Part shown: piece by piece, positions 14,517-27,375 of the stretch
Layout of the letters: each line of letters opens with the position of its first letter
Numbering within the stretch: position 1 is the first letter of the stretch
Origin: Schmidtea polychroa
Lineage: Eukaryota
Assembly: GCA_044892525.1 (NCBI GenBank)
Contig: CM097885.1
Location: forward strand, 11,782,001 to 11,846,000
Direction: 5' to 3'
Length of the DNA stretch: 64,000 bases
Notes under the pieces: model-generated
Database searches by the model: none
Told to the model about the DNA's origin: nothing
What the model saw: the letters and a program-made list of their open reading frames with translations, nothing else
Program-made: the position numbers and the translations under genes

Positions 14517-15473
14517 TGTTTTTTGAGGATATCTAAATGACAAATTATAAATAAATAAATAAAATTAATTGGGGGAAGATCGTCATGACAAACTGGAAGA
14601 TCTATGGGAACTCAGAAAAGAAAATGGAAGCAAAAAGAAATGAGAAATGAGAAAGAGGAAGGAAACAAAAGAAATCAAAAATGAAAATAAAAACCAAGGT
14701 CAGAACAAATTAATTAGTAGAAAAAGGGGAAAGGAATTTTGGAATCGGGAAAATAGAAAAACAACAATATTCTTATCTCGACAGCTTGTCAGAGAATAAG
14801 GGAAACAAAACAAAAACAGGCCGGAGCCTCAAAAGAAAAAATTAGAAAATATTGCGACAGCTATCAAAGATAACTTGGTCGCAGGGAAAACTGCGAAATC
14901 AGTTTGGAGGAAAAAATGTGGAATTGAAGATAAACTGAAGTTCCACAAATTGACGAGGTATAAAAGGAGGTGGCACAGCAGAAGCAAGCAGAAACTATAG
15001 AGAGGACGATTTAGAAAATTAGGAGAACGTGGGAGAATTGTATCAGCAAACAGTTTGGAGAAACCATTGAGAGAACAATTTGGAAGAAATATTTGAATAA
15101 AATTGATGCAGAGAAACTAAAAAGGAAACAGAAATAAAGAGAATCAGCAAGAGTTTATTCAGTTGATAATAGAATAAAGTTAGGCGAGTAAAACCAAGTC
15201 AAAATCAGAGAACAACCAGTTAAAACCAATTATTAGACCCCTCAGTTGTGAGAAATTTGTCAAATTAAAGTTATACGAGTGTGCTATTCCTCACCATAGT
15301 GTTGTAATAAGCACGGTATAATAGTTAGCTTGTTGAGACAATTGTATCATTGTGAAAATATTTGTGGTATTCAATAAAGTTTTCAGTGTTAATTGTTATT
15401 TGTGGGTCAATCAAAGACACGCTTGGAGTCAGAGTAAAAATTCTAATTTTATCACCAATATAATAACCCAACA
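14517..15473 (+). mobile_element. Solo-LTR-like insertion
   Basis: TGTT...CCCAACA ends, internal TATAAAA and AATAAA. It splits a dispersed repeat (gaatttttc | tatttgtcaatagtgtaagcc). No clear TSD. Confidence 0.45.
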
Positions 15474-15973
15474 TATTTGTCAATAGTGTAAGCCATTATT
15501 TGATGTTATGGATTTAATTAAATGTCACATTTTGACTATGAAACACACACATTTATTATAGATAGGTTTTATTTATATTATTAATCTTTAAATCAATGTC
15601 CATTTAGTCATCTTCAATTGCCTTTTGGTGTAACTTTCAAGAAAAGGTTTTGTTGAGCTGTTGAATATTTATTTTTATTAGTCTTATGCATAGTTAAATT
15701 CAGATCTTTTTTTTGAAAATTTCAGTGTAAAATTTAACACTTGTTAAAAACCAAAGAAAAATATGATAAAAATTTTGAAATTTTTAATTTATATTCACCA
15801 TATGCTATTGGGAATTGGGAACAGCTAAATTGTAAAAATGAAATATAAATTTCAATTGTTGATAAAATTTCTGCCCCAATAATGACTATAAATGAATAAA
15901 AAGTCACGAAACGCTCATTTTATTTTTTGTTTTTTGTTTAAATTGACGTTTTAAGAATTATATTTAGATTTAA

Positions 15974-17690
15974 CTCTAAACCTACCGTGTGCGGTCAAAT
16001 GACCGTTTTTGAAGTTTCGTTTAAAATTTCTTGTATACAACGTTATTGTATCTCCATGTACTTACTGACTTTTCCTATAATATACATACAACTCATTTTT
16101 CAATATTCATAACTTTCTTTATTGTTTACTTTCTGAATTTTTTTTATTGCATGCTTAGTCTACCACGAGCAGTTATTTGACCATTTGAACAATTCATGTT
16201 ATTTTCTACTTTTTTCTTCGGAAAGCGCACTCCTGAAATTGTTTTACAAGTCCACGGTGTAATTGTAGATCTACAGTGTAAACCAGTGATTCCCAAAGTG
16301 ATCTATATTAACCCCCAAGAGTCTACGACAACTTACAAGTAATCCATGTCAGCGAAAAAAATAGGGGTCAATGATAGGGATATCGGTACTTCCGTGTTAT
16401 CTTACCCCCAAAAATTAAATTATAAAATACAATTAAAATAACAATATAAAAAATGAGAGAATACATTATTGATGACGTTATTGAACATGAATTTATTAAG
16501 GCTATCTGTGATTTATGTGATTATGTGAGTTTATGTGGCGCAAACGTGTTCTAAGCAACAGTGCCGATGTGTTCGACACTATTCCCAACGACATTGTGGT
16601 TTTCTGACCACCTGGATGACCATTTACAAACTCTTTACAAACATTTCCTGAGTTTGTAACTGTGATTTAGAAAATAAATATAATAATTATATGTGTTCTT
16701 TTTTAATTTAATTTTTGGGGGTAAAATAACACGGAAGTACCGGGATATCATATAAGCAGGTCGTGACTTTAGTGTTGCCATGAATGGAATAATTTACACA
16801 TACAGATAATATCAATTTTCTTACATAACCCTCAGAAACAGATGTCATATTAGAAAGAGGAACTGATCGGAATAAGCACTAACAAAGAACAATCTTTCAA
16901 AGTTAGTAGAACTATACCCAGATGTCAAAAATACATTGGAAGTTGATCAATTTACAAAAATTCAATATTTATATATTTATATATTTTAGTTTTTACTTTA
17001 TCATTTGTAGGTATATTCTTCCCCTAAAATGACATTCGATTTATTAGACAAAATAAATAATATCGAAGAGGATTATTCGGGAAATGATCAAAAAATGTTC
17101 GATATTGATAATGATGCAGTGGAGAATAATTGTGACTTATTTGACAGCAATACCGACGAAGAGAATATTTTGAATATACGAAGAGGATAAAAAAGAAAGA
17201 TTTATTGTAAGTAGTTGAAACTGCGGTGGACGGAAATGTACGGCAAAAAATAAAAGAAGGGTGTAATCGCGGAAGAGGACCGGTTTATAATATTTTCAAG
17301 GAAATATCAGGGCCGACATGATACGCTAAATGAAATATTATAAAGGACAAAGTTGAGTCGACATTTTCCTTGATTATTAATCATAACATAATTGAACATG
17401 TAAGAAAATATATGGAATTAGAGGCATTTTGAGTGTGGGAAACGAAATGGAATGTATCTATTGCAAATTTATATGCATAAAAATATGGATCCATTATATT
17501 TATGGAACAAGAAATGGGGTCCGTCATCTTTCTTGACAACTATGATTTATTCGGTTTGACAACAGAAGTCAACTCTAAAGTTTGGTACAAATTTATCGAA
17601 AACAGTCAAAACAGTTATAAACCAGGAGCATATTTTTCTATAGATGAACAATTATTTCCAACAAAAACACTTTATAGATTTACTCAATGT
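15974..17690 (+). mobile_element. Decayed piggyBac element (5' end and partial transposase)
   Basis: TTAA followed by CTCTAAACCTACCG..GGTCAAATGACCG. Broken frames at about 17030-17690 include YKPGAYFSIDEQLFPTK. Confidence 0.75.
16385..16741 (+). mobile_element. Merlin-like non-autonomous element nested in the piggyBac remnant
   Basis: About 37-bp TIRs GGTACTTCCGTGTTAT.TTACCCCCAAAAATTAAATT, exact 8-bp TSD GGGATATC, and internal peptide EFMWRKR..F..I.NDI. Confidence 0.8.
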
Positions 17691-18059
17691 GGTCAATCCT
17701 GAGTTTGATTGTCGCGTCTGTGTGTGTTTTGTTCTGAATTTGGATTTTTCATGTGTGCGCACAGACGCGAACAATGTTTTGGAATGGAATTGATTTAGTT
17801 TTTTAATTGTCGATTTGTAGTTTTAGATTTTATGTCGAGTTTTTATTGAATTTATGATTTATTGGAATTTCGAGCAGTTTTTGTTTAAAAGGTTATTACA
17901 CCAAAGCGCATTTGATTATCATTAATGACACATTGATTTAACAATGTCAATTGAGCTTTGTTTTGGTTTTAGTTATATTTTAAGTTTTTATGTTAAAATA
18001 ATGAAAAAAAAGTAAGATATTTATTTGTTTAAATATACATTAAATTTTTCATAGTTCAC

Positions 18060-18620
18060 CTAAAATATCCAGTTTCTTCAAGCATTTAGGGAAGAATCTT
18101 TAATATGTTTATTCAAATGATTATATGATTTTTCAAATTACTATGATCTGGTTTTCGAAGTTCCTCGTTAATTGTTTGGAATATTGCAGTAAATCTGTCT
18201 GCTAAATCCATCAGCCGAAGAAACTTTAGTCCTTACCCCATTTTTAATTTTGCTAAATACACTTTCGACGGGGTTCAAAAATGGATTATATGGCAACTTT
18301 TCAATTTCATTATTCAATGAAGATATATTATTGTGGATGGATGCATTACCGTGGATCAAAATGAATCCAGAGCCATCGTTTCACAGTCAATTCGGTTATA
18401 AATGACTGATATGATTTCTTTTTAAAGAGCCAATAATAATTTGTGAATGGATTAGCTCATCTTTGGATATTGGGACCTTGATTTGTTGGCATATTGTTAT
18501 AAATTCTATTTCCCACTCGTGATCTACCGAATCTTTTGTTCGTCCATGTATTGAAGAGCATTCATCTATGAATTTCTTGAAATGAAATAGTCGATTCTGA
18601 TGAAGTTTCTGACATATTCT
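18060..18620 (-). pseudogene. Tc1/IS630-family transposase remnant
   Basis: GNASIH...LPYNPFLNPVESVFSKIK resembles the DNA.IH...PYSP.LNPIE DDE motif; frames are disrupted. Confidence 0.65.
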
Positions 18621-19141
18621 CACATATTTTTTTATAATTAATTAATTTTAAATTGAATGTCCGTAATGTAAATCAATGTCCTATAGGGTATTTTTTATTA
18701 TAGAAATTTTGTGAACCGTGTTTGTATGTATTTATTTATTTTTCTTCCAACGGCGAATTTTTCTATCTTTCTATAGTGTAATTGCCAATTTAATGTCACC
18801 TTGCTAATTCAATGTCATATTTGGTATGACACACATATATTTATTATAGGTAAGTTAATATTTATATTATTAAATTTGCATATCAATGGCCAATCGATGA
18901 TAATCAATTGCCGATTGGTGTATAATTTATTTATTTTTAAAACCCTCAACAATCAAGTTCCTTGTAACTGGGGTAACACCGTTGAGAGCGTTAAGTGGTC
19001 ATATTAAATGTAATTGAAAGAATTAAAGCTATAAATGTATTTAAAAATATTTTCGTTATAACGTTGCGCCTGATATCGAAAGTACACCAACGATTTAAAA
19101 TCAAGATAAAATACATAGTACAAATAAATTATCGATAACAA

Positions 19142-19957
19142 CTATTTTTCATGAAGTTGTAAATATACATTAACATTTGACTTTAAAAATGGATTAATAA
19201 AAACAAAAAATCCAGAATCTCCTAAAACATTTCGCAGATTAATAATAAATCCTTGATTGTATTTGACAATGCATTTCTTACGTTCATATCGTGTCTGACC
19301 AGAGCGGAATTGAACAATTTGTAACCAAATTATAGACGAGAAAACCACAAAAAAACCAAACCCAACAAATGTCAAAACACCAATGATTGACTGACAAATT
19401 GTCAAACAACCAGTCAATATTAAAAATTGCGGAGCCAAATAGCATCCAATTATTAAGAAATAATTATTGTCAAGAGTTTCAAATACAAATTGTAAATTAT
19501 ACCAATTACAATAAGCCGCTGCAAACCAAACATAGAACAATAAACAAAGAAAATAGCGATAATTTGTCGCCCCAACACAACAGCCGATGAACCAACAATG
19601 ATGATCCCGTCTGATAATACAATTATTGCAAATAGGACACAAATGAGTTCTTGGCAAATGCGGTTTATTACAATTATTGCATGGTTTTGATTGATCTTCG
19701 ATGTTAGTGATGAAGCATTTCATAGAGGAATCAGTTGAAACAGCATAAAAGAAATTTGATAAAACTTGAAACAATATAAATATAGCAAGTGCAATATGTA
19801 TTTCTTTTTGTGTATAATTAAAATAATACAAAATATAAAGCTCATAGCAAAAAGTAAAAGGCACGCCTAAAATTAAACTAGTCATTCCAAAAATATTTTT
19901 GTATGAATTCCGAGTAATAATTTCATTATAGGATCTAGAAAATACAGCAAACTCCAT
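19142..19957 (-). CDS. DHHC palmitoyl-S-acyltransferase (ZDHHC22/24-like), intronless
   Basis: Cys-rich domain CNNC..PRTHLCPICNNCIIRRDHHCWFIGCCVG..NYRYF, flanking TM helices and a GQT.YE motif. Confidence 0.92.
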   Translation of the reverse strand: MEFAVFSRSYNEIITRNSYKNIFGMTSLILGVPFTFCYELYILYYFNYTQKEIHIALAIFILFQVLSNFFYAVSTDSSMKCFITNIEDQSKPCNNCNKPHLPRTHLCPICNNCIIRRDHHCWFIGCCVGATNYRYFLCLLFYVWFAAAYCNWYNLQFVFETLDNNYFLIIGCYLAPQFLILTGCLTICQSIIGVLTFVGFGFFVVFSSIIWLQIVQFRSGQTRYERKKCIVKYNQGFIINLRNVLGDSGFFVFINPFLKSNVNVYLQLHEK

Positions 19958-20339
19958 TATGAAATATTTCTGTTTCCAATATTACACAATTTTAAGACAT
20001 TGACAGCAATTAAAATAAACTACAATTGGAAATTAATTTCAATATTTTTACATTTTTTGAAAAAATTAAACAACGTATTTTATATTGTTTCTCAGAATTT
20101 TAATATTTATTAAAATGAAGTTTAAAAGTTTATGATAAAAATCATAACAAAATAATATTTTTTCTATTAAAATACGTAAATATTTTTTAAAATTTTCTTA
20201 TTAAAATATCTTTAATACAAATTTTAGTTTGATTTTTAAATCTTGAAAAAAAAATTTTGCTTTTTGCTAAAATTAGTTTAGCAGCGTCATTAACAGTAGT
20301 AGTATTTTGGGTTTAAGTTAAAACGGTATGGCATTCACT

Positions 20340-20694
20340 TAGGGTTACCACCTTTTTCTCGACCGATATACGAACACTCAAACCAATTAAAAAAAATAAT
20401 TTAAATAAAAAATCAAATTTATAAGTGTATCTATAACCTACTGAAAATTTTTAAGAGCACAATATTTACCCTTCAGACAAATTGAAGAAAACTCGTTACA
20501 AAAACTTAACTTTAACTTTATTAACAAACAGGTAGTGGCATTAAATTAGCGTAAAACAATATTTTTAGGCTAAATTAATTTTTTTACAAGGGATTTAATT
20601 AATTGAACATTTTAACGTTCGGTCTGGGTGCCAAACGAACAACTCATTTGATTACCTAACTGTTCGTGCGAAAACCGAACGGGTGATAAGCCTA
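20340..20694. mobile_element. hAT-type MITE
   Basis: TIRs TAGGGTTACCA / TGATAAGCCTA and exact 8-bp TSD CATTCACT. Confidence 0.75.
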
Positions 20695-20902
20695 CATTCA
20701 CTACAAAAAAATTTTTGGGAAATTTCTTTAAAAATAACATTTATTTATTACATAGGAAAGTAAGTTTTAAAATCCTTTTTTAAAAACAAAAACTGGATAA
20801 CAAAATTCTAAGATCCAACACAATATTTATTAATCAATTAGATTACAAAATAATAAGTAGTTTTTTTATAAAAAGGAAGAAGTCAATTCTATATAATTAT
20901 AT

Positions 20903-22118
20903 TCAAATGCTGGGATTAAAAATACATTTTGGTAAATAATACGTGTCGAAATACCAATATCTTGTTTTGACGCCCTTCCAAATCTCTGGATCAGCAACGT
21001 CGACCTTGACGGATTCATATTCGCAACTGAGACCGATGCTAAATTGAATGAAACAAACAATAATATTTGACAACAATTTCAACCGATTCCTTACTGATTC
21101 AATTCCAATCGAGTAACCTCACAAGCGACAGCATGAAAGAAAACATTATCCGGACAGAGGCCATTATAGAACGAGTATCTGCCAGTGTGAGGTGCCAACA
21201 AGTTCGGTAGGTGTTCATGGAAATCCCTCAGATCTTGATCGTCCTCCGCGTAAGTGTCGAAGAAAATCCCATCAAAAGTAACGTCAATGGTGTCAACAAC
21301 GTCTTGCCATCGTCCAAAAAGAATTTTGACTCCAGGCTTGCTAGCCCAGCCACTTGATATCAGATGTTGATAGACAGTCGGGTGAGCCTCAATTATGTAA
21401 TGCTCAGTCGGGTTGTGCGATTGGATAGCAGTATCGACAATTCCCATTCCAAACCCAACATTGAGCACCCGGACGGATCTCCTTTGGCATTTATAACTCG
21501 GTTCATCGCTATCGTTTGTTATTTGATTGTCGGCATGGCAAATGAACGCTGCGTGTTTCTCCATTAAATCCTTTTCCCAATCCATCATTACTGCTAGCCC
21601 TTCTGAATCCATTAATTTATCTGATGTATAACTGACTTCCTTGCTCAAATAATTCGAATTCAAAGTCTTTTTTTTGTTCTAATTTTTAATTGAGTTGAAC
21701 TTATTTAAGTCAAGTTATATTACCAAAAGTGCACGTCCTAAAAGCATTTCAGAAATAGTAGCGTGGTGTAATAGAGCATCAATACATTCTTGATGTCCAT
21801 TCATGTGAGCATAATCTCCAGCGCATTTGTATTGTCTATCAACAGCATTCCAAGGAGCTCCTTCTTGTAGAAGAAGCTTAACAATTTCCACACAACCAAC
21901 ACCAGCTGCTATCATTAAAGGACTTACTCCAGTTTTTTGATCCTAAAGTTTTCAATTCAATAAAATAGGATATTAAAATTTACTTGATAAGTAATATCAC
22001 AATCATCTAACTCTATTAAAGTTTTAATGTGTTCGACATCTTTTTCTTCTATTGCTTGAAATAATTTAACTATGGAAGATGTTGGTTTAATTTCTTCGAT
22101 TTCTAATTCCATTTCCAT
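20903..22118 (-). CDS. RMT2: Ankyrin-repeat Rmt2-type arginine N-methyltransferase (GAMT-related), 4 exons, about 357 aa
   Basis: Exons 22118-21984, 21942-21724, 21678-21095 and 21038-20903 join in frame through GT-AG introns of 41, 45 and 56 nt. Motifs: ankyrin GVSPLMIAA..GAPWNAVD, then AVMMDWEK, VLNVGFGMG, IIEAHP, DGIFFDT and WKGVKTRYWYFDTYYLP. Confidence 0.9.
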
Positions 22119-22971
22119 TTTTATATTAAAACTAAAATTATTTAAATATAAAGATTATAAACAATAATTTATTCTAACATGTGCAAATATTTTAAATTGT
22201 TGAATATTTAAACTACCATTTATTTAAATTAATTTTTTTATTATTTGATTCAATAAATTTTAAATATGAAAGTGAAAAAATTAAGCTTATTAAAGCAATG
22301 TTTATTTATATTTGAAATTCAAAACACTTTTAAATTCATTATTTTTATTACTTTAAAATATTTGAATTTGAATACATTTTTGCGTTTTGAGGTGTTTCAA
22401 GTTTGTGTTCACCAAAGAAGTTGTTACTCATGCTATAAGTTTCGATTTTAATTAAACTCGCATAAAATTATATCAATCCATGAAGATGGTGGTCCTTAAA
22501 ACATCCTTTTTGGAACGATAAATTGTCTCATTCGTCGATTTTTTTAACTACTGATAATGGATTTAACGTTTTAATCAAGTGTTTGTGTTTAGTGGTATCA
22601 TTATTTTAGTCGTTTAAGTTACGGATTGACTGCTATGTCTTCCCAAACACCAAATGATTATTAACTACTCTGGCAAGCATTATACTCACTTCCTAACTGT
22701 ACGATTTGTCTTGAAAATGGACACATGACCTTCGTTTCCAAAACTCCACTAAACTGAACTTTCACAAACGGGTTACAGATAGAAAAATTTACGCCATCTT
22801 AACTCTCTAGTTCTTTCATCTTAATCTATTTCTTTTTTTATTTTATACTTATCTCTCTTTCAAGTCGCTTGCTATTAAATTACACTATTTAAGAATTTTT
22901 ACTTTTAAAATTACGATTATCGTTACAAAACATTATTTAGTAAGTAAATTAATATATATGTTATATATATA

Positions 22972-23938
22972 TGTTGGATGACAGAGGAAGAAGAATTGAA
23001 GAGTTTGAACTAACACACTACTATAGAACGGGCAGCAACAAGTTCAGATTCAATATCTACGTGGAACCCAGACAACCAAAGCCGGACAATTCAAAATATT
23101 GACAATTATGTGTTAACTAAATTCATTCATGCTGTGTCATTTGGACTATTCTTTATTTTACTTATTTTATTTCTTTATGATATTATTGGTGTATATATTA
23201 ATTATTTTTATTCTATAGAAGTTTGTACATATTTTTGAGTAGCTGTTAATTTTTATTTAATATATCTTTCCGTATACATTTAATATTTTTATAAAAGGGT
23301 AAATTAAATCATTAATAATTAGTTTTATAAGTAGAGATAAATAATATAATGAAATAATAATAATACTATAAAATAATTAGAAATCTAAATTTTGTTAAAA
23401 TAATGCACGCAAGTTGTAAGGAAAAATAATTGTAATTATTAAATAATAGAGTAAGAAAAACATCTGGTTAAATAATATCTGTTAGAGTATTAAGGAAAAA
23501 CATCTGCTAAAATATATTAAATTCATTTTTTAAGCATACTTAAGAATACTTAAAATATATTAATTAAATTCTTAATCATTTTCTCTTAAAAGAAAAAGTA
23601 TAAATAGCGAGTCAAAATTCATTTTTTTCGCCCCAAAATTTTAACCGCGTTAACATACTAAAAAGGTTAATCCTTATTAGTGCTAAAACTCGAACAGACA
23701 AACAGAAACGTTCAAAAGCCTACACGCAACACAGCAAGAGAATACATAACATTCACACAGTACATACAAGCATATTCGGTTGGATATTTAAAGGATTTTT
23801 GGATTTTTGTAACCTAGCAACAAATTCATATTGGTAAATTTTTCTTTATAATAAAAGTTTTATAAATCACTTTGTCTTTTGATATATTTGTACATATATA
23901 AGAACCAGTAAGTTGAGTGTTCCCGAATATCGAGACCT

Positions 23939-23943
<5 letters not shown>
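22972..23943. mobile_element. Possible LTR-like insertion in a (TA)n tract
   Basis: TGTTG...CAACA ends with TA repeats on both sides; no coding evidence. Confidence 0.3.

Positions 23944-23998
<55 letters not shown>
23944..23998. repeat. (TA)n microsatellite
   Basis: Pure TA run. Confidence 0.95.
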
Positions 23999-24001
<3 letters not shown>

Positions 24002-24599
24002 AATGGATTTGTTAAGTACATTAAGATCATTAGGATGAAAAGATGTACATGCATTAATTAGCTCACTCGCCGGCCTGGGTATCCGTCTTAGTCACTTTTC
24101 GGTTCAGTGTTAATTTCGTTTCATATTTGTCAAACTTTCGACTCGGCTTTCCATCCTTTTTGTCTTGACTTGTTGAGGTCTCAAAGTTGTACTGGCCAAC
24201 AATTATAGATAAATCAAAATAAGTCTTTTAAAAATTTATCAAACTATCAAAACAATTGATTCGGGACAAATATTATTCAAGTATTAGTTTAGTATTCAAT
24301 CAGTAATAAAACCCAACCAAAATATGTGCGTGTTATGTGTTTGTTTATTTTTTATGCTACACTTGCTATATATTGCTTGCAAAAAAGATTTGAAGAACTT
24401 TCTGTCTGTTCATTTATGTTAAAGCCTCCTCGAGATTAATTCTAGAGGGCAACAGTAAAGGTTTAATTTTAGATCAAAAATTATGATTTTGCAACTGTAT
24501 TTATAGTTTTTTTCTTACATGCTTAATATAATTATTGTTTTTATCATTATATTATTGTTGGCGCTTACTAAAAGAACAATCAAAGAAAATGTAGAAGAG

Positions 24600-26230
24600 A
24601 ATTGAAATTATAGGTATAATCATATGCCGTGGTTATCGCAAGGTCCTGTAAGTCGCCACATGATTCGAAACTTCCATACCAAAGTAGCTTCTTCTCCAGA
24701 GTGTTCGTGATTCCTAAAAATGGATCTATTTTCCCCCTCAGTTGTCATCTAAGATTTCGGTCGGAAAATCTCCTTTGAATGCTGACATATTTGAAGTTGA
24801 CTTAAATATTTATAATGATAAAGATTCATTTGATTTCAGTAATTATTTAATAAGAACTGTTTGAATGATTGCGAAACAGGTTTCTCTTTCATTTACTCGT
24901 AACTGATAAATCACGCATCACACCTACGTTTATATATTATCCATACCTCTTTGAAGGGTTCTCATTCATTCAATACTTCAAATATATATCGTACTTTAGA
25001 CAGTTATAATTTCTTGAAATTGCATTTGATCTTTTATTTATCTTGAGGCTAATTGAGTTTTTCTGTGAGACAAAGGAAATATTTGTCTGTTGTCAACATC
25101 AAAAGAATATTAATAGTCTAATTTTTATTGTATGCGAACTAATTTCTCATTCATCTCTATACTTCAAAGCAAGTTAAGGCTGTTCAACAGCTAGGGTAAA
25201 AGGGATTATTTTACGAATCGTATCTCCTCTAAATGAAAATTTCCTTTAAAGTTAGTTAAGAGTGGATAAACGGTATACTCAGTGGTTAGTGTGAAACTTG
25301 TATAATTTGTCTGTGATACAAGTTGGGTGGATATTCTGATCCCGTATATATTTGGCTTCTCTATGTAGACACTGTTTCGCCATAGTTAATTGGATCTATT
25401 ATGTAAAAACGACTTCTGAAAGTTTTGTATAGTAAACTGATATGATTTGCGTTATTGGTGATAAGGTCAGGAGGTTTCTCCCAGATTCCTATGGATTTGC
25501 GGTTCAATTCTGCTTATCTACTGATTTTCACCAATTTCATCCTACTTTTTATTAAGTGGATAGTCTCTTCATAAATCGCTATTTGAGATTATGGTTCTAT
25601 TTATTATCAACTATCTAGATGGAGTTATTATTTTAATGACGGATATGTGGTTCATCTCAGCTATTGAGGGTGGGATTCGGGTTCGTGCATCACAAATTCA
25701 TTATCATTGCTGCACTCAATCTCTACTTATCTTATTTCACTTGGCTCAGATGACATGGAAAAATTCCCTAACTTCAATCTATGACCTACAGCTCTTGTTG
25801 CAAATTCTGGACCATTCACACAACATCGCCAACCATGAAAATCATAACTCTAGTGAATATTTTCCTTACTAATACTCTAATAGAAAACTTAAAAATAATT
25901 TCTACCTATTTACATAAGGAACTAAGTTTTATTAATAATTTTTAGTATACTAATTGGTTTGTAGAGCTGTTAGTATTCGACTCAAAGAAGAAATTTATAT
26001 TTGCAGCAGAATTTTTGTGAATAAAAATTTGAATTTATTGCTTCCTATATCAAATTTTTATGTACCATCATTTCTTAGTATTTCTTATTTTTTGTCTTTC
26101 ATTGTAACCTTGAAATAATTTTGTAAACTTCAACCATCTTGCGCTCCAACTGGTGGATCCGAACCTTTAGTGCTTTAATTTTCACCTGATCCTGTGTGGA
26201 GTGCATTTGTAACTGTTCGATGAGTTTACC
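24600..26230 (-). pseudogene. Heavily decayed non-LTR retrotransposon (RTE-like RT remnant)
   Basis: Minus-strand RGDTI..FTLAVE near 25180-25230 resembles the QGD..SP.LF...E RT motif. Boundaries are uncertain. Confidence 0.35.
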
Positions 26231-27280
26231 TTTCGTTATCTCACAGGGTTTGAACCAGGTGGTCTTCATTCTCTGGCACCAACACTTGAGTTTTTAGAGT
26301 CTCGCCAGAAAAATATATATGTATTATATTTGTATTCGTAGATGTTTTTGTGTTAAGGAAATTTGAAGAGCCCAGCCGAGTCTCCAGTAAATAAACTGTC
26401 TCGGGACACCTGGGGTGAATGTGTGTAATGCTATGTATATGAATCAAAAATAATGACAAAAAATAAAGAATAACCAACAATAACTAATTTTTTAACTCTA
26501 AACTTTTATTACTAAAACAATAAAGAAAAGGACCTTTGATAATTTCTTTTGATTTATTTCGACCAAATGTTTTCGTTCTGAGACTCGAGATTAGGAATTT
26601 AATGAGATTTATTCCAATTGGATTAGTTGCGTACTCGCTCAGGGAATCCAAACTCGAATCGGGGATTTATATACAATTGTATAAATTTATAAAGTTGAAT
26701 GTAGTTAAAATAATAAAAAAACTTAGTTAAATTCTTCCAATTTATTTATACAATCAGCTTCAACCAAATGTTTTCGTTCTGGGACTTGAGATTTGAGATT
26801 TAATGAGATTTATTCCTATTTATTTGTATAGTTACTTTTGTAAATTTTCGCTATGGAAAATAAAAAAAATCAATCACAAAAAATGTTATGCAATTAATGT
26901 AATTAGGATAAATTCCATATAGTTTTTTTTAAATTACAAAAGTGACAAAAATGGCAAAAATTACAATTAATATTAAATTATAACAAACAATAAAAAGCAG
27001 AAAAAATAAAATATGTCAATACATTACAAACTGGATCACTAAATCGGAACAGGCTAATTAATAAGTCACTAAAACACTGGTTATGAAACTGGGTGAGGTG
27101 ACCGCTCCTGTGCTTATTGTTGCTTAAAGGTAAGCTGAAATGGTTATTTAACAATTAAATAGATTGAATTATACATTGAGAAAGATAAAATAAAACTTCA
27201 TTAAGTTGCACTTAAATGTATCATGTTGGTCGTGTCTCCAACATAACCTAGAATACAACTGATTCACTTTGCCATTCGAC

Positions 27281-27375
27281 AGTAGTGAGGAATCTATGCA
27301 CCCCAGCACCCCCACCCTCAAAAAAAACATCGCTATTGACCCATATTTTCCACATTTATATGCTTTTTTACCCCA
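27281..27375 (+). repeat. Left terminal inverted repeat
   Basis: Reverse complement of 41613-41708 apart from one substitution and one base in an A-run. Confidence 0.95.

Noticed and set aside
20866..21060. 64-aa minus-strand ORF
   Set aside because: Wrong frame; the region is intron 3 and exon 4 of RMT2 in another frame.
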